From positions 132,618,001-132,682,000 of the forward strand of contig OZ024742.1 in NCBI GenBank assembly GCA_964016885.1: a stretch of 64,000 bases of DNA, written 5' to 3'. Positions 61,539 through 64,000 of the stretch are shown in pieces. The notes below the pieces were generated by a model. It worked only from the letters and a program-made list of their open reading frames with translations, did no database searches and was not told the origin of the DNA. Made by a program: the position numbers and the translations under genes. This DNA is from Eledone cirrhosa (lineage: Eukaryota). Numbering within the stretch: position 1 is the stretch's first letter; each line of letters starts with the position of its first letter.

Positions 61539-61700
61539 TGTGTGTGTGTGTGTGTGTGTGTTTTCGTGTATGTGTGGTTGTATGGGTAGTCTTATTTTAT
61601 TTTTATTTTTCCTTTCCTTCTTCCTTCTCCAGCCTCACTTTCATATAGCTTGCTTTTTTTGTTTTTAAGATCCAAATTCAATAAACAAACCAGGATTTTT

Positions 61701-61756
61701 TCATTCTGAGGATTGAAAGCAAAACCTTTTGCTTTTAAGAAACCACTGGTAAATGG
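61701..61756 (+). ncRNA. Hammerhead ribozyme
   Basis: TCATT-CTGAGGA-TTGAAAGCAAAA cc TTTTGCTTTTAA-GAAA-CC act GG-TA-AATGG; GUA site, predicted cleavage after 61751. Confidence 0.82.
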
Positions 61757-61791
61757 AATAATTGCCTTATGCTGTTTATTACATAATAATA

Positions 61792-61830
<39 letters not shown>

Positions 61831-61846
61831 GCACGCACACACACAG

Positions 61847-61897
<51 letters not shown>

Positions 61898-62841
61898 TAT
61901 ATATATATACACATGTGGGGGAAACAATTCTATGAGATCAGAGATATATCAATGCCCCATGTTCTGTATAAAATCCAGTCAGGTCAAAATTTGCTTTTGT
62001 CATAGGGATCAATAATATGTCCTAAATTAATAAGCTTGACATTGTATTAAATGTACATAGTATTTAAGATGTAATGGATACTCCTCATTTATGCTGCAAG
62101 AACATTCAGGATTTACATCTGGTTTGTTCTTTTCGATCATTTTGTGACGTAAATCCAAAGTCTACGTGGTAGAGATTAAATATATCACCACCAATTAGTC
62201 AGAAATATATGTGAGCATGATGCAGGCCGATGTAAACAATGGTTCTACTCGCACTTTTCCTTATTCAGCAATCACAATTTAGAAATCAGCTCAGCGCTGG
62301 CAAGAATACTTAGAAAAGCAAATGTGTACCGCTCAAAATTCATATGAAAAGTGATCGAGAAATCAAGGGCATACGTCAATGGAATTTACAGAAGCCCATT
62401 CATCTTCAGTGACAAATTCAGGATTTGGCATGGATACTACTCATCAGACAACTATCTAAACTCTACGACTGAAGACTTAATGATTGTTTGTACCTCAAGA
62501 GTCACCTCCTATCGAACTGGAGCCCACATACCAAAACACCAACACATCAGACCCGCTAAATACCCCATTACCCTACATTTTCTCTTCCATAGCAGCGCAA
62601 TAATACACATATATCAAATACCCAAGCACGCACACTCTGTACAATCACCATCTCAAGAATATCCGCTTACCTTTTGTATGGGTTCTAATTTTTAGAAAAC
62701 GTGTTTAAAATAGGCTTACAATTTACAAAATCAAATTGAAAACAATGTTACACACATACGTCAAGAAGTCATCGTTCCTTTTGCAGAAATCGCATTGCGT
62801 ATTACCTCCCTTGGCAAGTTGATGACGAAACTTTTATTGTA

Positions 62842-63466
62842 TACTAGCAGAATGGCCCGGCGTTGCTCGGGATTTGTTCTAGTGTTCTTATATATTCGAT
62901 ATATATTTATCCTTATCGAACTTCGTGAAATAAATACGTTTGTTCATATTTTGTTACTGTGTATACAAAACTATCTGTACACGAATATATATATATATAT
63001 ATATATATTAAAATAACAGATTCAAGTTTATGTAAAGAATCTCTGCTTTCCCCCTTAACAGGACCTTCTGAAACTGAAAAAATCAATCTGTGAACGCAGA
63101 AATAAGTATTTTGAAAAAGGTTAAACACTATATATATATATACGCAGACCCACTATATATACGTATACACACACACACACACATAGCGAGATCATAATGT
63201 CGTAATGAGGCAACCAGACATACAGACATATATTCTAAGGGCGCAGCGTTATATCTATGTATCTATCTAGAAAAAAAGACTAATAATTATAGAGAGAGAT
63301 CGCTAAATCACCTAATGCGGTCCGAGGGCATTGGAAATTTGAAATATTTTTTACTCAAACTCTCATAGTTTTACATGTATAAAGTTTGAAAACAATCGGT
63401 TAGGTGGTTTTCGAGTTTTAGGGAATCAGACAGACAGACAGACATTCTCTGTTTTAGATATATCGA
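62842..63466 (+). mobile_element. Helentron-associated non-autonomous element (HINE-like)
   Basis: Starts TACTAGCAG..GCCCGGCGTTGCTCGGG (hairpin) and ends (CAGA)n CATTC..TTTTAGATATAT. Internal pieces recur at about 36982 and 38830. Confidence 0.6.
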
Positions 63467-63827
63467 TTAATGTTATCCGTATTATGAGAGGTTATTTTAA
63501 GTTAAAATATCTTACAGCTACTATGCATGCACATCTATACATTTCTAATGGCACGGTTTCCTCCTTGTACATATAGATGTGTAAAATTATGTTTTTCTGA
63601 ATTTGAGAGTTATCAACCCTTGTTTTAAGTGCAATTCTTTACACACTATGAATAATAATCATAAAGTAATGGGTTTTTTTTAAATATTTTTTGCGACTGG
63701 TAAGAAAGGCGGGTTTCATAATCACTAAACCCTCATTAGTGGTAGCCAAAACTGATGCTCGAAACCTAAGATAAGCTATTCATGTGAAGTTCACGAACTT
63801 TAATATAAACAATATACACACTCGCAA

Positions 63828-63923
<96 letters not shown>

Positions 63924-64000
63924 CCTCCATGTATATATATATATATATATATATATATTTAATGTAGAAAGGCTTCTACAGGACTATAACTGTTTCATTC

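Larger units (their letters stand above)
58526..61793. mobile_element. PLE-type structure with inverted pseudo-LTRs (58526-59068 and 61171-61793)
   Basis: Inverted arms of 540-620 bp, each with an HHR; the spacer contains a GIY-YIG tail and a third HHR. Confidence 0.9.

Noticed and set aside
62351-62695. 114-aa ORF as a host exon
   Set aside because: No recognisable domain or convincing splice context.

Overview
AT-rich, microsatellite-saturated animal genomic DNA. The SINE and Helentron-type repeats look like those of octopus/cephalopod genomes (inference from recall, not a database result). I found no host protein-coding gene; almost all ORF-track entries are translated microsatellites. 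The window is a collection of decayed transposons. It contains Penelope-like elements (PLEs: one near-full RT+GIY-YIG copy and several 3' ends), Tx1/L1-like, R4/Dong-like and RTE LINEs, mariner, Tigger and hATm-like DNA transposon remnants, SINEs and a Helentron-associated element. The notable signal is about 11 well-formed and 6 degenerate type-I minimal hammerhead ribozyme (HHR) motifs from many unrelated repeat families, mostly next to (TA)n. Several of these families also form fold-back palindromes with their 3' tails pointing outward. In three families the palindrome axis lies in or at HHR stem II, and the CUGANGA half of the ribozyme is replaced by an inverted copy of the downstream half. 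This suggests that the ribozyme hairpin primes fold-back synthesis during PLE retrotransposition. A separate class of inverted duplications is centred on (TA)n tracts. Coordinates were counted by eye and may be off by a few bases.
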